Below, one piece after another: positions 1 through 12,059 of a stretch of DNA of 64,000 bases (its first letter is position 1; the number at the start of each line of letters is the position of its first letter). A program made the translations under genes and the position numbers. The notes under the pieces are model-generated. The model saw nothing but the letters and a program-made list of their open reading frames with translations, ran no database searches and was not told the DNA's origin. This DNA comes from Haplodiscus bocki (lineage: Eukaryota), in contig OZ296651.1 in assembly GCA_965655095.1 (NCBI GenBank), positions 47,740,001 through 47,804,000 of the forward strand, given 5' to 3'.

Positions 1-470
1 CTTTTTGTGGAGAGTGATTTTGACTACTTGGAAACCCGATTGATGCTGTTGTTGAAATTGGATGAGTTACTGTTGCTCACCAACTGTTCAAGTGCCAAAA
101 AAACTTGGTCTGCCTCAACTGACGCTGAAGTGTTGTCACTGCCTAATTGTGGCTGACTTGTGGAGCGCACCTTCTTTTTTATCCTGAAGAGGTCCCGGTG
201 GAGCAGCACGGGATTTCTTCTTGACCATCTGTCATCGGTTAAGAGGGATAGAAATTTTCTTGAACTCCTATTGCCATGTTGTAGGTCTTTTCTGGTCATG
301 AATTTTAAGAGGAGTGACTCAAGGAGACTCCCGTTTCAGAATGAGGATCGTTCTGGGAGCGGTCCTTATTCGTCCTTTAGTTGTGTCTGTCTAAAATCCA
401 GGAGGTCGCCGGAGTGGTTCCTGAGTGAACCCCGGGTTGTGGGTTCTGAAAAAATGCATTTAGTCGTCAT
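1..470 (-). mobile_element. Decayed LTR-retrotransposon 5' region: LTR end (about 277), putative PBS (TGG at 276-274) and gag N-terminal fragment running off the window start
   Basis: The - strand reads ...GACCTACAACA|TGGCAATAGG..., then KKVRSTSQPQLGSDNTSASVEADQVFLALEQLVSNSNSSNFNNSINRVSK. The LTR end aligns with the copy ending at 793. Confidence 0.55.
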
Positions 471-792
471 AAGGCGCCCAAAACGCGGTTTTCCGTCCTA
501 CGTTGGGGAAGTTGCCTATTTACCAACAGCAGCAGTCAGGTCAAGCAGGCTGTGCTAAAATGAGGAGTGAAAGCGGAGTCACTCCGTCTTCAGTACAACA
601 CTGGAGCACAGCATAGTAAAAGGAAGGATTGTGATGTCAGAAAACTAGTAGCAACACAACACGTACGCAACAAACTTCCAATCTTGGAGTCTTTCAATTT
701 TACTGCAGTAGCGATATTCTAAATAATTGACAGCGTCAATTTGATAGCACGTTAGTGCAGTAAACAAACTAATTACACTTAAAGATGGATAT

Positions 793-1250
793 TGTGGGAG
801 GTCTCCTCCCAGTCTGAGTCAACTGAAGTGCTAGCCGGATTGAACAGAGAACTCCACTTCGGGAAAAAGATCTTTCGAGGAACGTGGGTTCCCGGTTATC
901 TTTGTTGTTCCAGGATGTTCCCGGAACAAGTCCGGAGCAATTCCGAACTTGTGGGTTCAGAGGTAATTCATCAAGTTTCGACAAAGCACCCAAAATGCGT
1001 GACTCGGTCCGGCTAAACTCTTTGGAAAGCTTTTTAGTAACCCTCCCTTCAATTTCTTTAGAAACCTAGGAGATGTACTCCTGGGCCATTCTTGGGTCAA
1101 GTTTGCTTTGTGACTGACTGTTCCTCGTATTTTCAGGTTTTTCTCTCGAAAAGACCACTAATCTTCTCTTATTCCTCAATGTTGCCATGATTTTGAGGGA
1201 AAATCTCTGTCAGTTGTGAAGACGGAATTGATTCTAAGGTTGTAATAAAA
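793..1250 (-). mobile_element. LTR fragment containing the start of a gag-like ORF (ATG at 1188)
   Basis: - strand MATLRNKRRLVVFSREKPENTRNSQSQSKLDPRMAQEYIS*VSKEIEGRVTKKLSKEFSRTESRILGALSKLDELPLNPQVR; ends ...CCTCCCACA at 793. Homologous to 54636-54960. The other boundary is approximate. Confidence 0.6.
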
Positions 1251-1968
1251 ATGACGATCTCCTCTATTATGAGGAAAAAAGGCTTCAATGAAAGCAAGCA
1301 GTTTATAATTTCAAAAAATGGTTACAATACCAAAGACTACAAGTTTTTAAAAAAATTTAGTACTTTCGTTTCTCAAACTTATACCTTTTCCGTGGAGAGA
1401 AACATAATTGTTTACACACCAATTCACTGTAAAAACAGGCAAAAGTACTTTAAACATTTTATCTATAGAAGGAAAATGCTGACTCTGACGGGAAAGGAAC
1501 AGTTCTCCGTCCATTTTTTCTTTCATGGACCGCCTCCTTTCCATTTTTCGACAAAGTACGGGTCCAATCCTTCAGAAATGGAAAAATGGAAATCAAATTG
1601 CTTTTCCCCGCGACGGCACAAGAAAAAGACTTAAACAAAAGATCACAAAGGATTTCCATCAGAGAAAAGTATCACAAAAATGCATCAAAACTAAATAAAT
1701 TACACTAAAACAATCACGGAAATATAATTGCATGCTTGGGAATACTATTGCAAAGATAAAATCCACTTTCGGAACAAAGGAAGGTTTTTTTCCTTGCCCG
1801 TTCCTTGTTACTGCCAGCTGGTTCCTCATTTTGGCCGAAGCGTTCCGGAAGTGCTACTGAGAAGAATGAAATGTATGGCTACGTAACCGTTCCTTTTCGT
1901 CATAAATGTCTCAGCGTAGTAGCACAGCGGATTGTATTACATTCTAATGAGTTCACCAGGATGTTTGC

Positions 1969-2206
1969 GACGGAACACGTACGGAACAAACAATATTTTT
2001 TAAATTCACGCTTCAAGTTTTAGTCGTGAGATATACACCAAACTTATCGACACTGTCAATCGCATTTTGATCTACTGCACTAGTTAATAACAAGATGGAT
2101 TTATAAAATACATATGTACAAAGTTATAAATGTAACACCTTTTAGTGACATAAATGAACAGTGAAGCAAATAACTGAAAATCTGTTTGTTCCGTAGTTGC
2201 TCCGTC
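1969..2206. repeat. Imperfect inverted repeat pair within a probable non-autonomous DNA-transposon relic
   Basis: GACGGAACACGTACGGAACAAACA (about 1969-1992) versus TGTTTGTTCCGTAGTTGCTCCGTC (about 2183-2206). A nearby direct repeat CCGCAGGCTTCGCAG occurs at about 2415 and 2695. Confidence 0.4.
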
Positions 2207-3919
2207 TCAATCAGGCTCAGCATACCAGAATTGCACGTAAAGGATACCTGCCATTTACTTGTTGTTGAACATATGGTTTATTAAGTAAATGTTACGTTTT
2301 GTTTAGATGAAATTATGAATTACTGAAAAACATGCGTATATTTTCAGTATTTTGTGAGTTTTCCGTCTCTTGTCGAATGGGCCAGGAATGTCTTTTTCCG
2401 TAGGGTGCATCTGCCCGCAGGCTTCGCAGAAGTCCTGCGACAATTATCTATCAAATAAAATGATAAAATTAATACATCTAGAGCTCCTTTCAGAATGGAA
2501 AGCTCTGTGAATAACCGTTTGTTCTGTAACGGTTCCGTATTAGTCCCAATCAGTTCACTGGAGTGAAATGTAGCTGATACGCATCAGTAACATGAAAATT
2601 AAGAAAAATATAAAACTGATGTTTTTTGTGTTTTTTTTTACAGTTCATCGATTCTCTCGACGGTCTGGGAATGTTCTTTCTCTGCAATCTTGTCCGCAGG
2701 CTTCGCAGGTATGCTGCGACAACCCTTACACAGCGATCCTCTTTCAACGTGTTCGATACTCGTTGAAATTTGTGTCTACATTCATGTTGTCAATATTTTC
2801 ATAACGACCTCCGTTAAAAAGTTAATCACTCTCCTTCGAAAATGCTTACTGCAGCTTTCCTGGAAAAGTAACTCCTTGCTGCTGAAGCAAGACCGTAATA
2901 CAATTTATTCGTGTTTATTTTCTCGAAATATTTCCTCGTTGCGTAAAAAAACTTTCAAAATTTTGGTTCGATCTTTTCGACCGTATTGAATAACTTGATT
3001 CCCATTTGACTGCAAAAACGGTTCAATGTAACTTTGGACTCATCTACTACTCTTTGGCAGAGCACTCAGTTTTGGACTGCATACCTTTTGGCGCTAGAAT
3101 CATTCGGGTCGTCTTTTGCTTTTTAAAGAATATCCCGTCTATTATGAAGTCGTCAAGAAATTGTCGCAGAAAAAATTATACCTTCTGTTGATCCAAAGTT
3201 TGACATTGATCAGCATTTTTCCGGCACAGAGACCAACTCAATACCAAACGCGCGAAAGGGTCCCAAACATATCAAAACTCTTGGTGCACCAACAACTTGA
3301 GGACGTCCACTACAACTATCATTCAAGTGATTCAGAGATTCTTGCCAATTACAATTCTTCAGCTCTAAGTATTACTTCTACAGCCGTATGTTCTACTGCG
3401 ATTTTCACCAGATTGGGTGATACCTGGTTAGCAAATCTCGCAATATTTGGAATATTTCTTGTAACGTTCAATGCATATGACGTTTCGGGAACAACTCGTC
3501 TGAACCTTTTCTCCGATTTTCTTAAACTGAATCAGACCTCTTGAGTAGAGGTCGCCGAAATCTTGATGCCACGTTATCAAAAGGATGTCCAAAATTAGAT
3601 CAAACTTCTTCCGAACTCGCCAGTCAACAGCTTTTGCCCATCAACAAAACTGTTTGGAACGGATACCGAAACCCCAATAAACTTTTTGGGTGCAATTTTC
3701 AAAGCGTTCCGCTAAGTGACATTTGACTTCAAATTTTTCCCGACACGCCAAATTGGACTAGTCTTTACTGGCATCTTAGTGACTACCAGCATTTTATATC
3801 AACAAACCGGTCAACGAGTCCGTTTTTGGACAACTGTTTGACTATTTCATCATCAGCATTGACTGACTAGAAAACCACCAATTTTTACTTTTTACATTGA
3901 ATCAATTGAAGCTTGAGAA

Positions 3920-6900
3920 AAATGAATAAAATTGAATCCGAAATCGAACTAAGAGCAACCGAGGAAAGAAGCGCTACTGCGGCAGCCCCGAAAGACTTGA
4001 AATTTCCCCTAATTCCACTTCAACACCAGGAGCGCCTTTCATTGGTGCAGGCAGCTCTGTTGGCGGTTCACATGGATTTTCAACTATCTACCCTACAGTA
4101 ATTTCATTTCTTCCGTTCCCTTCAATGCTTGGACGACCTGTCACTGCAGCAATTTTTCTTGCAATCTGTGTTGTGCCCTTATATTTCTACGATTCCTCTG
4201 ATTTCGAAGATAATCTCCGATAATTCACCACAGCATCTATGCCTGCTGCTTTTCAACTGGGCATGACCATCGACCACAATATTTCGCACTTCGGTTGAGA
4301 GAAAATGCGTTGCACTTCTTCACAACGTGGACCCCGGAGCAACAAACCGAACATGATCTAATCTTTGACGCATTTCGAGAGAACTACACAAAAAACGTCG
4401 ACCTTTTGAAAGCGCGTCTGAAAACAGCAAGGCAGCAACCCGAACTGCGAATCACCACATTTCTCTGCGATCTACGAACTTAATGACGTTGCGCTTAAAC
4501 ACGCTATACCACAGTTGATCAATCAAAGAGTCCACACGACCTTCGTCGAAGGCACACACAGTCCGACTTTTTGTCGCGAAATGCGGAAAGCGAAGTCCAG
4601 GGCAGTTCAGGAAGCCCTAACTCTAGCAAGAGAAATTCGCTTGTTGATTCTACTGGATAGAACAGACTTTTCCGAACCCACCAGCTAAAGCAACCAAAAC
4701 AACTTGAGTTTTAACCAATTTGGCAGTGCAATGCCGCAATCTGACACAATCAATGAAATCATATGGTCCCTACAGAACCAGGTGGATAACATAAAGCGTT
4801 ACACTGACAAGAGAAACGGTTCCCGTGACAGAAACAAAAACAAGATCGATTCCATAAATAAAAGCACGGGACGTAACAATTCAAGGGAAAACACCCCAAA
4901 GCAAGTCGAGTCGACGGACTAAAATCAACAAAATCCTAGGTATTCAGAAGAAATTTGAAACATTTCGAAAGGAATCTTGGATCGGTTCGTTTTGATGTCC
5001 AAAGCAAAAATGAAAACAGTGGACAAAAAAACTATTCACTTTAGCTTTCCAGAGGCCAGAGACAGGATATTGACAGACAAAGCTCTCATACAAACACGCA
5101 AAACCAGCAAACAAAGTGATACAAAAACGATAACTACCAACACTTCCAGCTCAATAACTCCGACATACAAAGCCAGCCGTGTCTTCGTTGTGGACAATCC
5201 AATCACAGTTCACGAGTGCAAAGCATGCTTCAATTGAAAACGTATCGGACATTTCTGTCAATATTGCAAAGCAGCCAGCGCGAATCCGTTAATGTGAAAC
5301 TGTCGGCGCCAGAAGGTTTAATCGCAGACACGAACACAGAAAAAGGCCCAGAACAAACAATTGTTTTAAAATCGGTAGTTGATCCCCGCAGTGTCTTTAT
5401 TGCAATTCAAGCGTGCAAAAAATTGAATGGAGCAATCTGTGACTGCGGTGCAATTAAATTTTTGCCTAAGGATTTTTGATGACCAGCGGAAGACATTTTG
5501 GACTGAATTGCAAAAATGCCACCAAAACTTCAAGGCTGTCAATGGCTTGCCTATTAGCGTTAAAGGGATTATCAGGGTCCCATCTACGGTTGAAAACAAA
5601 CGATATGAACGTGATTTTCATGTGTTAGAGAACACTGAGACCGATTGTTTACTGGGGCTAGGTATTCTTGTAGGAAATCAAGGAGATCCGCTGTTTTCTC
5701 GTATGGACTTGAGAGTCGATCCAACCCATTGCATTTGGATGTATCAAAAAACATTGATCATCACACCAATGCGGTTTTTTGAGTCACGGCAACCGAAACC
5801 ACCCTAGTACCAGCAAACCATAGTAAAATTGTTCCACCACATATCCCAAATTGAAAGAGACCACCCGTCACCCTAAACGCTGACTTCGAGCCCCAAAGCA
5901 AAAGTTCCCCTAGAATCGATTCCTCTGCCCCAGATATTTAGTTCAACTACTCCGATGAAGTTATTTCCATTGTTTCTAGGAACAAAACTGACCCTGTTGT
6001 AACAATTTACGGAAAAAGAACGCTTGGTTTTTCCGAAGTGATACCTGATGGAATGTTATACAGTATTGGCCAACTTCAAAACCCTTTCCCGTTCAAGCAA
6101 CTCAGCAAATACGAACTACGCCACGTGATCAATTTAATTGATATGACTTTTCTCAGAGACTGCCAAAACAAATCTATAGCCATAATTCAGGATTTGAACA
6201 GTGTTTTTTCAAAAAATGAAAGGAACTTTAGCGATGACCCATGAAATTGAAGTTTATGCAGGTGCTGAGCCCTTGAAACTCCTGAGGCGCAGAGTGCCTC
6301 TGCACCACAAGCAGATTTTGCTAGACAAACTAGACGTTTGTTCAGAGAAAGGCCTTACAGCTCTTTCGCATAGCCCATACAGCGCCCCTGCCATTATGGT
6401 GCCAAAAAGAATGGGAAAATACGTCTCGTCAAAGATTGTTGCCCTTTCATAAAAATTTCTCTTGGCCGATACCATCCGTACAAGAAAATTTCGTCACACT
6501 AGAAAAAATGGCTTTCGTCTGGACAATCGATTTGTCCGTCGGATTGTATCGAGCACTGATAGACACCTGCAGCTAGAACTTCACAGCTTTCAGCACTAAT
6601 TTTAGTTCATCCGATTTGGTTCGATTGCTATTGGGTCTTACCGGCAGTCTTATTACTTTCAAAACTTCCTTGGAACAAATTCTGGTTGGTCTCACATGGA
6701 AGTCATGTATAGGTCATTTCCACGGTTGCACATCCTTTCGGGGACTGCCGAGGTACACATTTCATGACTCCGTGAAGTTTTCCAACGCTTTCACAATGCT
6801 AAGCTCAAAATTATTCCTGCATAAAAGATCTATCGTTAAGAGAAAGGTGCACTTCTTGTGTCACTTGGTAAGTAAAGACAGCAACCATGCTGATCTTCAG

Positions 6901-9450
6901 AAGGTTGATACCATAAATAAGCTCCCTTTTCCAAAAAAATACACTGAAGTAAAATCTTTAGCGAGGCTAGCGTCCTACTACAATACTTATGTCTCCAAAT
7001 CCGCCGCAATCGTTCACTCTCTCCATAAAGCGATTGATACTTCTTCCGTGTTTTCTTGGACCGATGAGACTCAGGAGGCTTTCGAATCCCTGAAAACCCG
7101 CTTAACGTCAACACCTACTTTGGCTTTTCCATGCATTTGACAGCCTTTCATTTTTCATTTGGATGCAAGTTACTTTGCCATGGAAGCTGTTCTCGTTCAA
7201 CTACAAAATTGCTTGGAAAGCGTCAACTTTACGCATCCAAAGCACTTTCAAAGTTGCAGACAAATTACTCAGCGACTGGTCGCGAACTCGTTGCTATCGT
7301 AATTTTAGAACGATTTCTCTGTCACAGTTTTTGAAACGGAGTTTCACGATAGTAAGTGATCTCCCAGCGCTTTACTGGCTACACAATTTCAAAGACTCCG
7401 ATAGAAAATAATTTTGCTGGTTACAAATATTAGCTTCCTTCAATCACACGGTCCGCCATAGACATGGAGCCTCAATCGGTCACGGCGTTACCCTTCCCAG
7501 AATTCCATCTCACGAAGTGAATGCTGTTGCACACGTTAGTGGCAGGACTGATTCCCCACATCAAGATGAAAAAACCTGTGGGAGCACTCCACCATGTGCA
7601 AAAAGGATGAGGACGACCATGCAGTCACCAGTTCAGACGAATGATCTAACCGACAAAATCCACAAGTTTCACAATGTTCTTCGACAGTTCTAACTGCGTC
7701 GAATCGTTGCCAGAGATAATTGGCGAACTTCTTCATCCAAGACACCTTCGCAAATTGTTTTTCCGTAAATTTCTAAATGTCAGCCGCTATAGCGTGTAGA
7801 ATCCGACGAAAATTTGTGACGAACTACCCCAGTAACTTGGATCAAAGATACTCCGCCGTTGCCGCAATGGCTACCAGATCAAAAAAGATAAACATTCCGT
7901 TTAATTTTCAAGCAAAATTTCTTCAACAAAGCATTCTATGACACGATGCGCGCATCCCTGGAACGTATGAGGACAAAAACTGAAGGAAACCGATTTCGTC
8001 AGTTTAGCAGGGCCCTTATAGGTTTCGGATTCGATAAAATCAAATGGAGCATGGGTTGTCAACTCATTCAAGACACTAGCAAAACGTCACTGCTTGCCAT
8101 TCTTGTGAACTTCAAAGAAGAATCTCGGCGAGAACCATCACTGCAAACAACCTACGTAGTTCTCCGTTAACCGACGCTCACGAGCTTATGAAAGCTGGCG
8201 ACATGTCAAAGAACGGGTCAGAAAAAAGATAAGGAACCCGACAAAAAGAACTAAAAGGCCTGTCCGCATAGAGTGAGAAAACTATAACCAATTAGCAGGT
8301 AATCTTGACAGAGACATGCTTCACCGAACGGTCAAACTCCGCGAGGACTAGTGAGCCTTACTTACACCAGATAGCCCCCATTGGCTTTGGTCTCAAAATT
8401 TATCACAACAGTCCATAATTCAGCAACGGCTGGGCTTTTCGGCATACGCAAGACGATAGAAAAGGTAGGACAACGGTTTTACTGGCCCGGTTTCAAGGAG
8501 CACGTCAGGAATTATTTTCGCTGTTGCGATCGCTGTCAAAAGCGCGCTAGACCTACAAAGACTCACTGACACTCTCGTTGGCTGGCCAGTTAGTTACTTT
8601 TCTCAGCACATTAGCTTGGATTTTTTGGTGCAGCTTCCGATATGAAACAACTGTCAATACATCTTGCTAATTGGCGATTAGTTCACCAAATGGTACGAAG
8701 TGATTCCATTTCCTGCTCAAAGAGCTGAAACCACTACCAATTCTCTAGTCAACTCTTGGATTTGTCGTTTCCGAAGCTCTCTTAGCATACATACAGACCA
8801 GGGTTGAAACTTCGATTCCCAATTTTTGCATCATTTGAAGAGATTTCTAGAAATGGAATTACGTCCCTCCATGCTCAGTCCAACGCTGTTATTGAGCGAA
8901 TGAACCAAGCACTATTAAACATGTTGTTCAAGTGCTTAGATCAGAATCATTCGAATTGGTCCAAGCTAATACTGTTTGTTTCTTTTCGGCTCACTGATCG
9001 TCGGTTCAAGAATCGACAGGATTCAAACCATGTTTCCCCATGTTTGGAGATGAAATGTCATTGCCATCTATCTGATTCACACACTTCACGCGCTTTCAGA
9101 TCTTTGAATAAGCAGGTATTTAAACAACAAGCAGCCATTCGTGAGGTGTTTGACTTAGTCGTACCAAACACTACTGCTCAACAGCTTCGCCGAAACGCTT
9201 TGTACAATAAAAAAAGATCATGGATCAGTGTATAAAGAATGTTATAACCTTCTCCTCCATTACCCAAGTACCTCACGGGATAATAGCCCCAAATCATCCA
9301 ATCATTTAAGAGGTCCTAATTGAATCACCAAAAACTTCAGTGACGTGATTGACAAGATTGAAAAAATCAGCACCGGCAAAAATGTTGTTGTTCACCACGA
9401 CCAATTTAAACGATACCACGGAATTGTGGCTCCCCATCATTCATTCCTGA
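3920..9450 (+). mobile_element. Decayed Ty3/Gypsy gag-pol (gag, two CCHC knuckles, PR, RT, RNase H, macrodomain, IN)
   Basis: Gag LRENALHFFTT...KARLKTARQQP; knuckles CLRCGQSNH..C and CFN*KRIGHF..C (about 5180-5267); protease AICDCGA; RT SPYSAPAIMVPK and KVHFLCHLVSKD; RNase H LDAS...YASKALSKLQTNYSATGRELVAIV; IN HNSATAGLFG...FYWPG...CDRCQK, IHTDQG and AQSNAVIERMNQAL. PR-RT-RH-IN order; many stops and frameshifts. Confidence 0.9.
7715..8110 (+). pseudogene. TARG1/OARD1 (C6orf130)-like macrodomain embedded in Gypsy pol
   Basis: DTFANCFSVNF*MSAAIACRIRRKF ... LIFKQNFFNKAFYDTMRASLERMRTKTEGNRFRQFSRALIGFGFDKIKWSMGCQLIQDT aligns with TARG1 DSLAHCISEDCRMGAGIA..FKKKF ... LITKKR..KPTYENLQKSLEAM...SMPRIGCGLDRLQW. 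Confidence 0.8.
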
Positions 9451-9695
9451 ATGTACATCAGCTATTAACCGGGCTCAAATCAGTAAACAACCTCGTCGCT
9501 CTGACCACTCCCAGTGTGAGTGGATTAGCTTTCCCACAATTTATTTCCTTCTTCCGCACCTACCATTCTTGTTTCCCCTCCGAAAATCACCACCACGGCT
9601 ACTCTACCTGAGCGACGTTTGCCAACGAACTTTCCACCAGCATCTCCGGAACCTCCATACTCTCAAGTTTCATTCAACGGTTCTACCCTCCTTGC

Positions 9696-9895
9696 NNNNN
9701 NNNNNNNNNNNNNNNNNNNNNNNNNNNNNNNNNNNNNNNNNNNNNNNNNNNNNNNNNNNNNNNNNNNNNNNNNNNNNNNNNNNNNNNNNNNNNNNNNNNN
9801 NNNNNNNNNNNNNNNNNNNNNNNNNNNNNNNNNNNNNNNNNNNNNNNNNNNNNNNNNNNNNNNNNNNNNNNNNNNNNNNNNNNNNNNNNNNNNNN
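9696..9895. other. Assembly gap (200 N)
   Basis: Run of N. Confidence 1.
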
Positions 9896-9989
9896 TATTG
9901 TCTTTTAATTCTCCTCTTTAAGAGAAGTCGGTGTTAATGTTGATAGAAGATAGCATCATTCAGTCAGAACCTTAAAAGCAAGATAAAAA

Positions 9990-10620
9990 TCAGATTTCGG
10001 AGAAAATTTTTTACAACGTGTCAGATTCAGAATTAAAAATTTTACAACGCGTCAGATTTTGAATTAAAAATTTTACAACGCGTCAGATTTTGAATTAAAA
10101 TTTTTACAACGCGTCAGATTTTGAATCAGAATAATTTTTTAAAAAGCACGATTTTGAAGAAAAAAATATTTAAAAAGCACGATTTTGAAGAAAAATAAAT
10201 TTTTAAAAAGCACGATTTTGAAGAAAAAATTATTTTTAAAAAGCACGATTTTGAAAAAAAATTGCACACAAAAAATCACGTTTTGTCTCATTTTACCCCG
10301 TAAAATGCGCAAATTTTGCCTTTTACGTGCATACTTAAAAAGCACGATTTCGAAGAAAAAATTATTTTTAAAAAGCACGATTTTGAAGAAAAATAAATTT
10401 TTAAAAAGCACGATTTTGAATAAAATTTTTTTGTAAAAAAGCATGGTTTTGAATAAAAATTTTCTGTAAAAAGCATGATTTTGATAAACAAATTTTTCGT
10501 CTTGTCAGATTTTTAAACCAACTTTTTTACAACGCGTCAGATTTTATATCGACTTTTTAAGCACGCGTCAGATTTAGACTTGAATATTTTACAGCGCGTT
10601 AGATTTTGAGTGTATTTCTT
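9990..10620 (+). repeat. Composite minisatellite (A-B-A): about 32-bp TTTTACAACGCGTCAGATTTTGAATTAAAAA units flanking 33-35-bp AAAAAGCACGATTTTGAAGAAAAAATAATTTTT units
   Basis: Directly visible tandem copies; they explain the repetitive ORFs at 10139-10491. Confidence 0.9.
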
Positions 10621-10714
10621 TTGCAGTTTGTCAAATTTTCTTGCTTTCATCATAAGAGGTCACGGTTTTGTAATGTTTAAAGGTATGGTGCGGGTTCGGT
10701 TAGTCAAGTTAATT

Positions 10715-11040
10715 TGTTACAATAGGCTTTGTGTGCCCCAATTGTGATCAATGTAACAAAACGCATTGAGACAGGCAAATCCGATCCGAGTTTGTTCATT
10801 GTTCATTGATATATGTAGATAAGGAATGTTATTTAACAAGGTTCCACTAAAGACTATGAGGTTTGCACGGTACAGAGATAAGTAGTCTGAATTCAAGGAC
10901 TCCTTTTTGATGATGTCATGTCCTCTGAGCAGGCAGAGAACCGACTTGATCAAGTATTGAAGTAGGTTATAGAGAGCGGTGTCTGAGGAGGGAGTGCACC
11001 TATGTGTTACGCTAGGGTGAACTTCTGCAATATACTAACA
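10715..11040. mobile_element. Solo LTR (326 bp) with 5-bp target-site duplication TAATT
   Basis: Begins TGTTA and ends TAACA (perfect 5-bp inverted termini); flanked by TAATT at 10710-10714 and 11041-11045. Confidence 0.8.
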
Positions 11041-11217
11041 TAATTTGCGGCTTCGGTTACCTAAATGATTGTTACCTTACATACAAAATGTCAATGAATT
11101 TTTACTGCTCACTCAAAATCGACAAAGAAAGGGAACAAAAAAGGTAAATTTTCAAAAAAACAACAAATATTACACCAGCAAACAATAGAAATCAAACAAG
11201 TGAAACAATAGCTACAC

Positions 11218-11884
11218 TTAGATACAATTACAGTTCATCACAAAAGGTGGAGTTCCATCCATTGCTCCGGGCTTCCAGAGATCACTCAACTCTTCAACCT
11301 TAGCAACTGTTTCGTTCATTCGTCCGTCCGGTAAGTAATTTCTTTGAAAAAATGCAAAACTGACGCGCAATCCCTTCCTTTTACTCTTCATTGTTCGTAA
11401 TGAAGAGAACACCGGATATGAGTCAGCACTAGGTTGTTGAGTTGTTGGTTGAGGTACTGATTGAACAAAGGGTATGTATCATTAGTGTGCAGAGTGACAA
11501 AAGTGCTGCTGGAACCATGACCCATAAATTCTGCGGGTTTAGAGAGATATTAGAGCTATGCTGCTCATCAACAAAACAGCGCTGTTGATCGTTGCTGGGA
11601 ATGCATTGGGGTTTTTCACAGGATTTGGAAATGTAATTCCGTTCTCGGTTGATCTGGCTGATTTTTGTAGGAGTTTTAGGGAAGAACGTAATGCCACAAT
11701 CAAAATCTACATAAGTCACCATGTTCTCCTCGTCAATGAAATGTACAACGTCATCAAAAGAAACAGACTTTTTGACATTCGGACCACAATTTGATATAAG
11801 ATCATCTTCCGGACGCAAAATAGAATGAATTGCAAGCTTTGTAGGATCATAAGGAGAGAGTCCGGATTTATTGTAGTTGTACAT
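11218..11884 (-). pseudogene. Unknown protein with PP1-docking motifs (SILR, KSVSF..VHF) and a hydrophobic segment; probably frameshifted near 11430
   Basis: ATG at 11884: MYNYNK...HSILRPEDD...KKSVSFDDVVHFIDE...LWVMVPAALLSLCTLMI. The downstream frame 11412-11218 has RVSF and ends CNCI*. TATAAAA at 12073-12067 on the - strand. Confidence 0.45.
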
Positions 11885-12059
11885 CGTTTCTTGCAAAGGG
11901 AAAAATTTTTCAATTTCTACAAAGGCTGAGCACTGGAATCTGATCGTAGGCAGGAGTTGTTTAGAAATTTCACATGTGGTTGGGTACGTTGGTAGCTGGA
12001 AGAAGCGAGTTGCTGCTGTTGAGAACGATATTTAAAGAATGATTTTGTAACGTAGCAAG

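Noticed and set aside
9569-9937. ORFs spanning N runs (also 52921-53273)
   Set aside because: Artefacts of assembly gaps.
10139-10491. ORFs with KIVLFKN/KSTILKK repeats
   Set aside because: Translations of the minisatellite on both strands.
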